DNA of 63,009 bases, filler included, from Choristocarpus tenellus KU-1152 (Eukaryota; Protista; Phaeophyceae): the NCBI GenBank assembly GCA_964200185.2. It is 9 parts of 9 records of this genome, joined end to end, with 100 filler letters (N's around TTAATTAATTAA, not from the genome) between each part and the next. Parts side by side here need not be neighbours in the genome. Positions count along the whole stretch, not along the records: positions 60,354 to 63,009 come from CAXNAD020025911.1; 8 more parts are not named here. One strand, 5' to 3'. Numbering within the stretch: position 1 is the first letter of the stretch; the number at the start of each line of letters is the position of its first letter. A program made the translations under genes and the position numbers. The notes under the pieces were generated by a model. That model had not been told where the DNA came from. It did not search any database and worked only from the letters and a program-made list of their open reading frames with translations. Of this stretch, positions 62,020 to 63,009 are shown piece after piece.

Positions 62020-63009
62020 TCAACATTGCGAGGAACTAGGGAAGCATCCCAACAATCTGACAGGCCGCTTCTTGCCCATCTCCCTGGTGTATCCAGGTTA
62101 AAGCACATGACACGTCTTGATAGAGTCACTTTTGAGGTGACAGACACTATCTGTCATATACGGAATTTGACACCTCCTTTCCTCCTGTATCCTCCTGCCC
62201 ATCTCCCCCCTACATGTATATTCAATTAATCCAGAAAACTCTATGCTTGCTTACTGAGGCGCCCAAAAACATCCACTGCGAAGGTGTTGAGATTGTAGCC
62301 ACGAGGATCAAAAGAACCCTTAAAGTGGGTGTGCTTTCGCACCTTAGCTGCAGCAGCAGCTACACCATTGCTGGTGGATGAGTGGGGTAGATGGGAGGCT
62401 GCTTGCACTTCTGCAAACGTAACATCTAGGAGGCCTTCATCCTGGTAGGGAAATTATCTGGCGTCCGTAAGTGCCCCAGCATGGAAGAACACAGAGTGAA
62501 AGTAAACGAGAGGTACACAGAGTTGCAATATAAGGATACTGACATATATGCACAAAATTCGGCTTCTAAAAAATAATGCGTAGAGGGTATTTCTGAATTG
62601 CATCGAAAAGGTTTCAAATAATAGAGAAATAAATGCTCTCAAGTGATCACATAGAATTTCACATCTATAGAATTATTGGTGAATTGCCATAGATTGCAAA
62701 ACAGACTTCAAATGCAAAACGGCCAAAACCTGGGTACGTCTCATTTACTTTCACTCACATCCATGCGGAAATTCCGGTCCACTATGAATGGGCTACCATC
62801 CTCCATAATGCAAGGGACGCCCATTCCTTAGCAGAATTCACCTAGACGCTTCACGACTGGCCTATACTTGCGTACCTGTCCCCCTGCCCTAGGGCAGGTA
62901 CGAACATGTTGGATGTCAACAATATGTCTCGTGCACCCAGCCACTGGGCACCTGTTGGATAGAGCCTCCTCCTTCTCTAGGGATCTGCTGGCAGTGGGGC
63001 TAAACTCCG
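62020..63009 (-). mobile_element. CRE-like RLE non-LTR retrotransposon 3' region (CCHC knuckle plus RLE), degenerate, interrupted by MITE A
   Basis: Minus strand: CPVAGCTRHIVDIQHVRTC; MGVPCIMEDGSPFIVDRNFRMD|MITE|...LDVTFAEVQ...KVRKHTH...VDVFGRL. Colinear with 43206-43760. Confidence 0.8.
62494..62756. mobile_element. MITE family A copy, TSD ACA
   Basis: aca|gagtgaaagtaaacgagaggtacacag ... ctgggtacgtctcatttactttcactc|aca. Removing it plus one TSD restores RMDVFFHAG in the host retroelement. Confidence 0.9.

Overview
This is a eukaryotic chromosome end. It starts with about 22 copies of TAACCC (TTAGGG-type telomere), and the contigs are joined by artificial N44-TTAATTAATTAA-N44 linkers. Intron-rich genes and a bipartite signal plus ASAFAP-like plastid presequence suggest an ochrophyte stramenopile such as a brown alga or relative (inference). 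I assembled five spliced genes by hand. (1) An N-myristoylation-motif C2H2 zinc-finger protein on the minus strand, ending about 1.2 kb from the telomere. (2) Head-to-head with it, a 16-exon, about 1750 aa RIF1 homologue. (3) A convergent plastid-targeted protein with a GNAT-like motif and a GC-AG intron. (4) The 3' end of a type I mannose-6-phosphate isomerase. (5) The 3' end of an SLC25 mitochondrial carrier. The 36-55 kb region is mostly decayed transposons: a DD39D-type mariner with Stowaway-like TIRs, an intron-containing pogo derivative, CRE-like RLE non-LTR fragments, a set of related 3-bp-TSD MITEs, a foldback, minisatellites, and an unclassified transposon end found next to assembly gaps. 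Most short ORFs in the supplied track are exon fragments or noise. I cannot demonstrate a new biological system from sequence alone. The best leads are the telomere-adjacent RIF1/zinc-finger divergent pair and the unusual RIF1 architecture.
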